Virus record (IMG/VR): IMGVR_UViG_3300037067_027616
Coordinates: 32,001 to 96,000 of that record
Source: a virus
Taxonomy: Duplodnaviria; Caudoviricetes
DNA: 64,000 bases
Strand: one strand, 5' to 3'
Of this stretch, positions 45,512 to 53,341 are shown piece after piece. Numbering within the stretch: the stretch's first letter is position 1; the number at the start of each line of letters is the position of its first letter. Made by a program: the position numbers and the translations under genes. The notes beneath the pieces were generated by a model. That model was not told the origin of the DNA, did no database searches, and saw nothing but the letters and a program-made list of their open reading frames with translations.

Positions 45512-45558
45512 GTTTTCTCCTCGCCAGTTTAACTATAAATTCAAGTTGGCAAAATTTT

Positions 45559-45699
45559 GTCTAACGTCACGGCCTATGCCTGCTGTACCGGCCTACACAT
45601 GCGACACTTGATGCAGATTTCCCAACCGATCACGTGCTTATTTTCGATTGGAGTCCACTGGTGATCGCAGGCTGGTATGGCAGATTGGGTCTGTTGTAC
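45559..45699 (-). repeat. attC-4
   Basis: GTACAAC.GACCCAATCTGCCATACCAGCCT / AGGCCGGTACAGCAGGCATAGGCC..GTTAGAC. Confidence 0.75.
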
Positions 45700-45951
45700 G
45701 CCTGTACAAGACAACCGAACAGACATGACGCAATAGCCTGCCGGAATGCCAAACTGGCCGCCATCCACCTTGTACACCACTTCGACCGCCACTTCGCGGC
45801 CAGAGTATTCGCAAATTGACGGTGACCACTCCCGCAAACGCAGAGTGTCCCCGACAGCGTAATGGCGGTCGTCCTTCCGATACTCAAACGTCTTGACTCC
45901 ATCCACCATGTGCTGAAACACCGACGGCCAAGTCTTCAATTCGTGCAACAT
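45574..45951 (-). CDS. Cassette ORF: ASCH/PUA-like DUF3850 protein
   Basis: HELKTWP..F...G.KTFEYRKDDR.Y.VGD.L.LREW. Confidence 0.8.
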   Translation of the reverse strand: MLHELKTWPSVFQHMVDGVKTFEYRKDDRHYAVGDTLRLREWSPSICEYSGREVAVEVVYKVDGGQFGIPAGYCVMSVRLSCTGVQQTQSAIPACDHQWTPIENKHVIGWEICIKCRMCRPVQQA

Positions 45952-45973
45952 AACTGCTCCTCCCGTGTATGGC

Positions 45974-46044
45974 GTACAACGTTCACTGCATGGCGAAGTG
46001 GTGTTTTAACCATTTGCAAAGCGAACGCCATGCAGTTGTTGGGC
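45974..46044 (-). repeat. attC-3
   Basis: GCCCAAC.ACTGCATGGCG / CGCCATGCAGT..GTTGTAC. Confidence 0.85.
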
Positions 46045-46156
46045 GATGTAATTTTTTGCCATATTGATAGGCAATAACTTCAACCGCCTCGTTAAGTCCG
46101 ATTGGAATACCTTGTCGCACTAGGTCGCTCAACTTTTCCAATCTATCATCAACCAT
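45983..46156 (-). CDS. Cassette ORF, 57 aa, absent from the ORF track (MVDDRLEKLSDLVRQGIPIG...HHFAMQ)
   Basis: GGAGG RBS, ATG at 46156, TGA inside the attC-3 right arm. Confidence 0.6.
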   Translation of the reverse strand: MVDDRLEKLSDLVRQGIPIGLNEAVEVIAYQYGKKLHRPTTAWRSLCKWLKHHFAMQ

Positions 46157-46178
46157 AATTCCTCCAAAAAATTATTTC

Positions 46179-46316
46179 GCCCAACGTATGCTAAACGGCT
46201 GACAGTTGCCGCAACTTAGCACAAAAAGAGTTGGTTACATCACTATCGCACTTCCACGAACCTTTAGTTTGATACTCATTAACGACTGCGGCAATTTCAG
46301 CCTTTAGCTGTTGTAG
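46179..46316 (-). repeat. attC-2
   Basis: CTACAACAGCTAAAGGCTGAAATTGCCGCA / TGCGGCAACTGTCAGCCGTTTAG..GTTGGGC; two bulged bases. Confidence 0.9.
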
Positions 46317-46439
46317 GCCCGTTGTTTGCGACTCCGCCTCTTCCAGAGTTTTTATGGACAAGTCCACAGCCTCCGAAAGCATAATACGACCATGAGGATA
46401 GTTGCTCTTGAGAACCGCAATCGCTTCTTTATTGTCCAT
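46191..46439 (-). CDS. Cassette ORF, hypothetical (ends LQQLKAEIAA...RQLSAV)
   Basis: AGGAGG RBS; EAIAVLK.NYP...L.EAVDLSI motif. Confidence 0.65.
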   Translation of the reverse strand: MDNKEAIAVLKSNYPHGRIMLSEAVDLSIKTLEEAESQTTGLQQLKAEIAAVVNEYQTKGSWKCDSDVTNSFCAKLRQLSAV

Positions 46440-46473
46440 AAAAACCTCCTATGAATGGTTCGCAAACTATGGC

Positions 46474-46616
46474 CTACAACGTGTGGCAAAGGGTTGATGC
46501 AATTAAACGCTATAGGCCCCGCACCTATGACCACAACGTTTACCTCCGGCATAAGGACAGCTTTCAGTTTTACGACAGATGCTGCGTTTAATTGTTTCAC
46601 CCTTTGTAGGTTGGTG
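46474..46616 (-). repeat. attC-1
   Basis: CACCAAC..CAAAGGGTGAAACAATTAAACGC / GCGTTTAATTGCATCAACCCTTTG..GTTGTAG. Confidence 0.9.
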
Positions 46617-46745
46617 GCCCGTGGCCGCTTGCGCCTGGGCCGCCTCGACATCTGCAATGGCAATATTTAACGCTTCGCGCAAACCACCATATCTCTCGTC
46701 AGGCCAATTTGCCTTGATTAACCGTACAGCTTCTGCCCGTTCCAT
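46503..46745 (-). CDS. First cassette ORF, hypothetical
   Basis: EAVRLIKANWP..Y..LREALNIAI, related to the cassette-2 N-terminus. Confidence 0.6.
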   Translation of the reverse strand: MERAEAVRLIKANWPDERYGGLREALNIAIADVEAAQAQAATGHQPTKGETIKRSICRKTESCPYAGGKRCGHRCGAYSV

Positions 46746-46771
46746 TTAATCCTCTCCGGCCCGCAGGCCAT

Positions 46772-46810
46772 GGACACCAACTATACGTATGATGAAACGC
46801 CTTTGTGTAA
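46772..46810 (-). other. Candidate attI-like primary insertion site (...CATACGTATAG/TTGGTGTCC)
   Basis: GTTGGTG complements R'' of cassette 1 but has no hairpin upstream. Confidence 0.5.
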
Positions 46811-46835
46811 GACTTTGACTTTTATAGCTTTGATA

Positions 46836-47396
46836 CTACTCTTTTTTTACATTGAAAAGGTCAACGTCATCGTCCTTGCCTGTCTCAAAAGCCTTTTCAG
46901 TACGGGACGAGGTCACCAACTTGAGCTCGAGTTCTTTAGTGCCTTTAATAGATAAGAACAAAGACGATGGAAACAGCATCCTCAAATTGTCGTGTTCCCT
47001 CTTGATATCGATGAGTTTCTGCTGTACGCGAGAGAACTCCAAACGATTTGACTCGATTGCCAATGAAAGATCTTTGTACAGGCTGATATCAAATTGTGGG
47101 TTCTGCTCTTGTACCCACTTCATGAGAGTGCCGTCACCGGATCCGTACCTGGCATCCATTATTTGAACGTAAACCTCTTTGAATTTTTCAGAGTACTCTG
47201 CAGATACGCCGGCCTTCTGATGAATGACTTTCCACACCTTGTCATAAATCACCTCATTGGCCTTCTGTTGCGCCCCGAATTGTGTGCGGAGAACTACTTC
47301 TTGGTTGCTATAGGTGACAAACATTATGGCACCTACAAAAAGACAGAAAAGCACCAACGATGCAACCACCAACTTCACAAGTGTTTTAAAACTCAC
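46836..47396 (-). CDS. LemA-like membrane-anchored coiled-coil protein
   Basis: N-terminal TM, WVQEQNP, IESNR.EF..Q..LID.KR.H...FP. Confidence 0.6.
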   Translation of the reverse strand: MSFKTLVKLVVASLVLFCLFVGAIMFVTYSNQEVVLRTQFGAQQKANEVIYDKVWKVIHQKAGVSAEYSEKFKEVYVQIMDARYGSGDGTLMKWVQEQNPQFDISLYKDLSLAIESNRLEFSRVQQKLIDIKREHDNLRMLFPSSLFLSIKGTKELELKLVTSSRTEKAFETGKDDDVDLFNVKKE

Positions 47397-47413
47397 GGGC
47401 TGCTCCTTTGTTA

Positions 47414-48040
47414 TTATGATTTTATGGGTTTAACACCCTCAACATCAGTTATCTTTGGTACGTTTCCAGAACACCAATCTTTGAAGAACTCTGAAATAAC
47501 TAGATCGTTTTCGTTAGCCAAAACAGGCACGCAATCAAACATTAACGCGGCCGTTATTTTTGGGACCCGGCTCGGTTCGCTTAATTGTTTGTAGAAATGG
47601 TGGGGCTTGTGTACTAATAGATACAAACAATGCTCATATGACTTGCAATGTTTCCACCACGCGTACGGCGTGCATTTTATATGAGATTTACCACCCTCAT
47701 CCATTACTGATTGAAAAAGTTCTATATGGGCTTGGCACATCTCGCTTTGTCCCGGCAACCATAATGTGTAATGCCTTGCTGACATCATGTTCCTTGCCTT
47801 GATACCCTTTGGAGACGGGTAGCATGACGCCTTTCGGCACCAATCCAAACTCTTCTTCTTGGTGCGAAGCCAATGGAGTACCAACGCCGCGTACCTCTGC
47901 TCATCGCTCGCCTCAAGAGGGACTGTTCCGGAACACCCAAAATTTATTGGCTCCTCCGCATAAGACAAAAATTCCATCCCAATCTTTTTTACAAGTTCCT
48001 GGTATTCTGTAATAGAGGTCATTACTTTTACGGTTCTCAA
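47414..48040 (-). CDS. Hypothetical protein
   Basis: Packed operon ORF. Confidence 0.5.
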   Translation of the reverse strand: MRTVKVMTSITEYQELVKKIGMEFLSYAEEPINFGCSGTVPLEASDEQRYAALVLHWLRTKKKSLDWCRKASCYPSPKGIKARNMMSARHYTLWLPGQSEMCQAHIELFQSVMDEGGKSHIKCTPYAWWKHCKSYEHCLYLLVHKPHHFYKQLSEPSRVPKITAALMFDCVPVLANENDLVISEFFKDWCSGNVPKITDVEGVKPIKS

Positions 48041-48182
48041 TAAACAGAGGTTTACGGATTAGCCCTTTTGTAGCACTTGTAGCACATGGATGCGTTGGGC
48101 TTCTTCAAAATAAGATTCATTTTGAGAGCCTTTCCGCACTTGATACACTTCCTGTCGGACATCTCACGAAAAGACACTTTAT

Positions 48183-48857
48183 TCATTCGTCCCCCTCAAC
48201 GGTCGCATTATGGTGTATGCCGTGTTTGTCAGCTTCATCTATGGCCCAAGATCTGTCTTCCGGGATCATAGGTGTGCTTTTATTGACTAGCTTGAGTGGC
48301 ATTAAAATTCGGGAAAGCCAATTCCGTTTTTTCCAAATTTCGTATGCCCGGGTCTGACGTTTTCTATCGGCAATAACTTCAATGTCTTGGGTGTTACGCT
48401 CGATGGTTTTGGCATTGTATTTGACTTGTAAATCATTTGCCGTTTTTAGGGCATCTTCCCGGGTTATCAACCAACACGGTTCAAGATCACACAAAGTGTC
48501 TAGGCCAAAAACACCTCCCACGCATTCTTCTTTCACAACAATATTGGTGTAAGTCCTGCCGTACTCAACGCCATCAATCCTGTTATTATAATCGCTATCA
48601 ACACATACACTAGTGGCACACGAAGTGTCATATTTTGTTCTTTCGGCAGAATAACGCAACCATTTTTCAGGGATAACCGTAGGACGCATAGTTTCCACAG
48701 CTATCACGCCTTCCATCATGACCAAAGAATCTTTGTAGAAGACACTGTCCGCAAGAACTCTGCTCTTTAGTCCAAAAGGAACCTTGAGGTGAACGAGAAA
48801 CTTTTTTGCCCTTTCAACCGTTTTGTTATTGGTTACCGCTACGATTGCGTTTTCCAT
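48183..48857 (-). CDS. Hypothetical protein
   Basis: AGGGG RBS. Confidence 0.5.
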   Translation of the reverse strand: MENAIVAVTNNKTVERAKKFLVHLKVPFGLKSRVLADSVFYKDSLVMMEGVIAVETMRPTVIPEKWLRYSAERTKYDTSCATSVCVDSDYNNRIDGVEYGRTYTNIVVKEECVGGVFGLDTLCDLEPCWLITREDALKTANDLQVKYNAKTIERNTQDIEVIADRKRQTRAYEIWKKRNWLSRILMPLKLVNKSTPMIPEDRSWAIDEADKHGIHHNATVEGDE

Positions 48858-48879
48858 TATGAAACCCCTTTATTATGTG

Positions 48880-49482
48880 TTATTTGACATCGTCATCTTC
48901 GACTTCCGACTTCTCTCCAATGCACTTCGCCCTGAGCGTAATGTGCTGTGGACTTTGAGCCTCTTCCATGGAGGCGTTTAGGATAAGCGAACCTTGTCGA
49001 TCCTCCACTACGACATGGTAAAGGGTTCCTTGATACACGGGCTTATCCGCCCCGCCCTCAAACAGGTCATAGGTGCCCACCCACAGGCTGTCGTGCATCT
49101 CCACCTTAACTTTATAGGTATCATTTCCATCATCCTTGAAGGAAAAGGACAGGGCATAAGGCTCGTACAGTCTTCTCTGCACATCCACAGCCTTTGCCAC
49201 CATGGGAACTTTCTGGTTCTCCTCGTAGAATTGAACATTTCCTTCATATGAAGCTACCACTCTGTCTGTGCCATGCAGGCGCAAGAGGCACCTGGGTATG
49301 GCGGCGCACTCGTAAGGATACTCCTTCCACATCTTTGAATCCCGCATATTCAAGCGCACAATGTAAGTGGTGCCAACGCCTGGCGCCCCGATTGAGGAAA
49401 CACCGACGATGACACCGCAAGCGCCGGAATCCGTAGTTGTTACGGCCGTGCCTGGCTTCAAGCAATGAGCATAATTCGTCAC
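48880..49482 (-). CDS. Hypothetical protein with SH3-like N-terminus
   Basis: Packed operon ORF. Confidence 0.45.
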   Translation of the reverse strand: MTNYAHCLKPGTAVTTTDSGACGVIVGVSSIGAPGVGTTYIVRLNMRDSKMWKEYPYECAAIPRCLLRLHGTDRVVASYEGNVQFYEENQKVPMVAKAVDVQRRLYEPYALSFSFKDDGNDTYKVKVEMHDSLWVGTYDLFEGGADKPVYQGTLYHVVVEDRQGSLILNASMEEAQSPQHITLRAKCIGEKSEVEDDDVK

Positions 49483-50069
49483 GACTTCAAGTCCTCCTCA
49501 TAATACACTCGGCGCTTGTCTGGAGGCACAAAGATCCTTTTGGAAAGCACCTCTTTAATCTCTCCGAAAGAAATGGGACGGAACAACGGTTCTCCATACA
49601 GCATGACATCCACACCAACGTCCATCTTCAAGCACGAGGGGTGTTCCGGCAGATCCCCATGGACGTGGCCATACAAATGCCAAGAGCCTTTCATGCTTCC
49701 ATCCCACGCCTGCATTGGAAAATGATCAAGGGCTATATGCACACCATCGAACGAAAGAGTTTTTCTCTCACCTACCCACTTCCAAGGCAACTTGACTACA
49801 GAAGGATTCTTTTGATCGTGATTTCCTATGATGAGAAATTTATCACCGTTGAGTTGACGGAAAATCTTCTCCGCCCCTCCTTCCGGCATTTTCACCGCAA
49901 AATCACCCAAGACATATACGATGTCATTCCTTTTGACCACGTCATTCCAACGTCGGATCAAATCCTCATTCATGTCCTCTACGGATTTGTACGGTCGTTT
50001 ACGTTCCAGCAAAGTGAGCATCGCGGGATGCCAAAAATGTGGATCTGCTGTGAACCAACGCTCCATCAA
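49479..50069 (-). CDS. Calcineurin-like metallophosphoesterase
   Basis: DPHFWH, LGD, GNHD, HFP, GHVH. Confidence 0.9.
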   Translation of the reverse strand: MMERWFTADPHFWHPAMLTLLERKRPYKSVEDMNEDLIRRWNDVVKRNDIVYVLGDFAVKMPEGGAEKIFRQLNGDKFLIIGNHDQKNPSVVKLPWKWVGERKTLSFDGVHIALDHFPMQAWDGSMKGSWHLYGHVHGDLPEHPSCLKMDVGVDVMLYGEPLFRPISFGEIKEVLSKRIFVPPDKRRVYYEEDLKS

Positions 50070-50449
50070 TTATCCCCCGTAAGTTCTTCTATCTCCGAAC
50101 GGATATGGGCATTAAAAATCATCGAATCAAATTCCTTGCTGGCCAATTCCTTGGCCACTATTTTTAAATCCTTTGGATATATGATATGGAGCCACACCAT
50201 CAGAAATCCGGACAAAAGCAAATAACTCCAACACATGTAGAATGAAAAAGGTTTCACAGAAAAGGCCCCAGGGATATACAGCAGTAATAGGAACGACACA
50301 TACGCAAAAGCTGGAACCAAGGCCACTGAAAACAAGCTTAATTCTTTGTATTTCAAATGTCGGTAATGCCCTATGGTATCCCAAGCCAAAAAGGATTCTA
50401 GGCTCTTCGCCGTAAAACAATACAATTTGTCGATACGGGCTTCAGACAT
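50066..50449 (-). CDS. Membrane protein
   Basis: Two TM helices. Confidence 0.5.
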   Translation of the reverse strand: MSEARIDKLYCFTAKSLESFLAWDTIGHYRHLKYKELSLFSVALVPAFAYVSFLLLLYIPGAFSVKPFSFYMCWSYLLLSGFLMVWLHIIYPKDLKIVAKELASKEFDSMIFNAHIRSEIEELTGDN

Positions 50450-50473
50450 ACACCTTATCCTGTTTGTAGTGGT

Positions 50474-50502
50474 AATATACCTTTCTATGAGATTTTTGTC
50501 TA
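50474..50502 (-). promoter_or_regulatory. Sigma70-type promoter TAGACA-N17-TATATT
   Basis: Read directly on the - strand. Confidence 0.65.
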
Positions 50503-50503
50503 C

Positions 50504-50800
50504 CTAAAATAAAAAGCAGTCGGGATCCTCATCGTCATCATATAGCTTTGGAAAGTCCTTCGGTGGGGCAACTGATTTTGGTGCCTTCCTAAAAGCTAAA
50601 CGCCGCGCCCTAGTACTTTCAGAACGTAAGCACCCGCAACTTGACGTGTTTCCTCTGATAACATTGTGCTTCAAGAGCGTAATCTTTTTTCCGCAGGAAC
50701 ATTGACAAAATATCTTCGGATTTTTTCCATGACCACCATCTTGCAATATTGTAAGTCTTCCGAAAACCTTACCTGTAACGTCTTTCTTGGGCCTAGGCAT
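50504..50800 (-). CDS. Stand-alone N-terminal domain of HNH/AP2-type homing endonucleases (nuclease domain absent)
   Basis: DVTGKVFGRLT...CQCSCG...GNTSSCGCL. Confidence 0.7.
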   Translation of the reverse strand: MPRPKKDVTGKVFGRLTILQDGGHGKNPKIFCQCSCGKKITLLKHNVIRGNTSSCGCLRSESTRARRLAFRKAPKSVAPPKDFPKLYDDDEDPDCFLF

Positions 50801-50839
50801 ATCTCTCCTACAGGTTCAAGGACCTCACACCCATAACCG

Positions 50840-50868
50840 AATATACCATTTTACACGTCATATATAAA
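50840..50868 (-). promoter_or_regulatory. Sigma70-type promoter TTTATA-N17-TATATT
   Basis: Read directly on the - strand. Confidence 0.55.
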
Positions 50869-50870
50869 GC

Positions 50871-50900
50871 AAAAAAGCCCCGGGATTTTACCCGGAGCTT
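50871..50900 (-). terminator. Rho-independent terminator after hsp20
   Basis: AAGCTCCGGG-TAAAAT-CCCGGGGCTT followed by a T run. Confidence 0.8.
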
Positions 50901-50925
50901 TAAATTAGAGATACTGTGAAAATGT

Positions 50926-51363
50926 TTATTTGATTTCGATACTCTTTGGTTTAGCTTCGGGAGCCTTCAACAAGTTGACTTCGAGTATACCGTCGTTCAT
51001 CTTGGCAGACACTTCAGACTCCTTTACGTTCTCTGGCAGTCTGAAAGACCTGGAGAATGACCCGAAACTTCTCTCGCGGTAAGTATATGACCCTTCCTTT
51101 TTGGTTTCTTCCCTTTTGCGCTCACCGCTTACTGTGATGACCCCGTCTTTGACCTCGACCGACACGTCTTTTTTGCTGATGCCTGGAAGGTCGAAAGACA
51201 GCCTATAGCCGTCATCCGTTTCTTGGATGTCTACCGGTGCATTGGTGGTGACTTCGGTGGCACGCGGCCAATGCCAAGGGGACCTGAACAATGAATCGAT
51301 CTCGTCCTCGATGGTGCTCAAAGTTCCGCCAAAAACAGGTGTCCTCAAAGCAAGTGCGTTCAT
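50926..51363 (-). CDS. hsp20: Small heat-shock protein Hsp20/alpha-crystallin
   Basis: VDIQET, DLPG, SGER, ERSFGSFSRSFRLP, A.MNDGIL. Confidence 0.95.
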   Translation of the reverse strand: MNALALRTPVFGGTLSTIEDEIDSLFRSPWHWPRATEVTTNAPVDIQETDDGYRLSFDLPGISKKDVSVEVKDGVITVSGERKREETKKEGSYTYRERSFGSFSRSFRLPENVKESEVSAKMNDGILEVNLLKAPEAKPKSIEIK

Positions 51364-51407
51364 ATTTACCTCCTGGGTTGTGGTTTGCACTTACGGCAGG
51401 AGGTATT

Positions 51408-51424
51408 TGCAAAGGTCATGCCAA
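51408..51424 (-). promoter_or_regulatory. Sigma-54 (-24/-12) promoter upstream of hsp20
   Basis: TTGGCATGACCTTTGCA: GG-N10-GC. Confidence 0.7.
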
Positions 51425-51522
51425 CACTTTAATTGGCATATGCTGTGTGTTGTAGGTAACAAAAGTTTCAAGATGAAACTTCTGTATTAGGGGCGTGTTT
51501 TAAATTGAATCGAAAAGCACAG

Positions 51523-51837
51523 TCAACGCCACCCGAAGAATTTCCTTAAAAACCATCTGCACAAGAAATTTTTTCCTGACGCATCGGGTGTAGGCAATCT
51601 TTCTTTTTTATTGTGGTCACGCCAGTTATTTATAATACGACGCGCGTCTTTGTGCATGCTGCGAGTATTGGTGTACGGCCCTAAAGTTATAATTATGAAA
51701 CCGTCTGGTGTGGTTTCCACCCTGCTTGCCTCAAATTCAGATAAATGGCACTTGTCAAACAATTTCATTAAAAGACCCTTTTGATCCCATTTTGACGGCC
51801 GAGCAGTACACAAGCTTGACAGTTTCATCAACGTCAT
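51523..51837 (-). CDS. Hypothetical protein (start probably MKLFDK)
   Basis: Packed operon ORF. Confidence 0.4.
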   Translation of the reverse strand: MTLMKLSSLCTARPSKWDQKGLLMKLFDKCHLSEFEASRVETTPDGFIIITLGPYTNTRSMHKDARRIINNWRDHNKKERLPTPDASGKNFLCRWFLRKFFGWR

Positions 51838-52831
51838 CCAAAGAACACTCTTCCACCGGGGTGTGCATGTATCTCACCGGAACAGATATGTTGATGGTAG
51901 GTATACCAACGTTGGTCAGACGTATAGCGTCCGCATCCGTGCCTGTCTCATTTGGTTCAGGGGCTATCTGAATGTCTATGTTATTCTCCTTTGCGGCCTC
52001 CTTGACGCACTGAAGCAGCACCTTATTGCAAGCCGCCCCCACAGTCACGATGGGACCTTTGCCCAAGGATATGCTCCCAACTTTTTTGGCATCGGTATCA
52101 TCGGGAGTGTCAGTCGCAAAAAACACATCCACCACGATTGCCGCATCAGGTTTTATGATGTTGGCAACTGTCTTCGCTCCGCACAACCCTATTTCTTCTT
52201 GGACGGTCGAAACGCCATAAAGCGTCAAAGGATCCTTGGCACCACACTCATGGGCGTAGCGAACAACTTCAGCCGCCACGAACGCCCCAATTTTGTCATC
52301 AAGGCCACGATTGGATAACCTTTTGTAATCACCACAAGGAAGAAGAATCGGGGATCCAGACTGCATATAGGCAACACTACCTACAGGTATAACTGAAGCA
52401 GCCTCTTGAAATGAAGATGCACCGACATCTATCCACAGGTCATGCACCTTCGTTTTTTTCTTTTCGTCGTCCTCATCTTGAAGGTGTATAGGTTGCCGTC
52501 CTATGACACCTATGACATCCGAGCAATGAAATTTTACCCTGGTACCCTGCAGGATATCAACGTCAACACCGCCTATCGGGGCAAAATGTGCGAAACCTTT
52601 GTCCGTGATGTGTGTTATCATAAGCCCTATTTCATCGCAGTGTCCTACGACCATGACGGTCTTATTGCTCACGGGTGTCCGCGCCCACGCGTTTCCCATG
52701 GAGTCCGTATCGTATTTAGCGGCGTATGGCATGACATACTTCAGCCACTCTCTTTGACCGAAAATTTCATAACCGGAAGGCGTACCACACTCGAGGAACC
52801 TCATGAGGAAATCCAACGATTCAGAGCGCAT
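51755..52831 (-). CDS. M42-family metallo-aminopeptidase
   Basis: PSGYE, HCDEIG, LDDKIG, VQEEIG, GTDAD, RYMHTP.E. Confidence 0.92.
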   Translation of the reverse strand: MRSESLDFLMRFLECGTPSGYEIFGQREWLKYVMPYAAKYDTDSMGNAWARTPVSNKTVMVVGHCDEIGLMITHITDKGFAHFAPIGGVDVDILQGTRVKFHCSDVIGVIGRQPIHLQDEDDEKKKTKVHDLWIDVGASSFQEAASVIPVGSVAYMQSGSPILLPCGDYKRLSNRGLDDKIGAFVAAEVVRYAHECGAKDPLTLYGVSTVQEEIGLCGAKTVANIIKPDAAIVVDVFFATDTPDDTDAKKVGSISLGKGPIVTVGAACNKVLLQCVKEAAKENNIDIQIAPEPNETGTDADAIRLTNVGIPTINISVPVRYMHTPVEECSLDDVDETVKLVYCSAVKMGSKGSFNEIV

Positions 52832-52834
52832 AAT

Positions 52835-53341
52835 TTAGTTGCCTTTCTCGAAAAGATCCAATTGTATTTTGTCTCTCCATCCCACCGAGCCATCGGCGCA
52901 CGGATAAAAATCCATGCCAGACGTATCATAAACCCTGAATATGGCTATGCACATATTTTTTCCGTTAGCCACAAAAACGCTGTACAAGCCGGCATATTTA
53001 TCCAAAACAACCACCTTGATGCCACGTTTTTTTGCAAAATGAAGAACAGATTTTTCAGAGCGTTCTGGTATTGCAGAAACAGAAACGCGTTGTCCATCTC
53101 CTAACTTAGGGAAATTAGTAATATTCCCGTGCATAAGATGCATGCAGTTGTTGTCCCCCGTTAATTGATCTTGGGGGACCTTGCATTGGCAATAATCATC
53201 TTTGTACCAAGCGCAATATATCTCGGAACACTTGACGGATTCCTCTGACACACGATGAATATTGCTTTTAGGACTCACTCTTCTTCTCCGTAGTCGATGC
53301 CTCCTATCACCCCGTTGATGAAGCAATTTACGGTAAGGCAC
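52835..53341 (-). CDS. Hypothetical protein (true start probably downstream)
   Basis: Packed operon ORF. Confidence 0.4.
   Translation of the reverse strand: MPYRKLLHQRGDRRHRLRRRRVSPKSNIHRVSEESVKCSEIYCAWYKDDYCQCKVPQDQLTGDNNCMHLMHGNITNFPKLGDGQRVSVSAIPERSEKSVLHFAKKRGIKVVVLDKYAGLYSVFVANGKNMCIAIFRVYDTSGMDFYPCADGSVGWRDKIQLDLFEKGN

Larger units (their letters stand above)
40865..46781 (-). mobile_element. Integron-type gene cassette array (CALIN-like; no integrase in window), about 16-18 units
   Basis: 14 attC-like imperfect hairpins bounded by ..AAC/GTT.. with bulged bases, roughly one small ORF each; R'' of each cassette complements the R' at its own 5' end. Confidence 0.88.

Noticed and set aside
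40865-46781. Array hairpins as terminators, REP/MITE elements or CRISPR repeats
   Set aside because: No U tracts, arms differ between sites, and the AAC/GTT cores with offset complementarity fit attC
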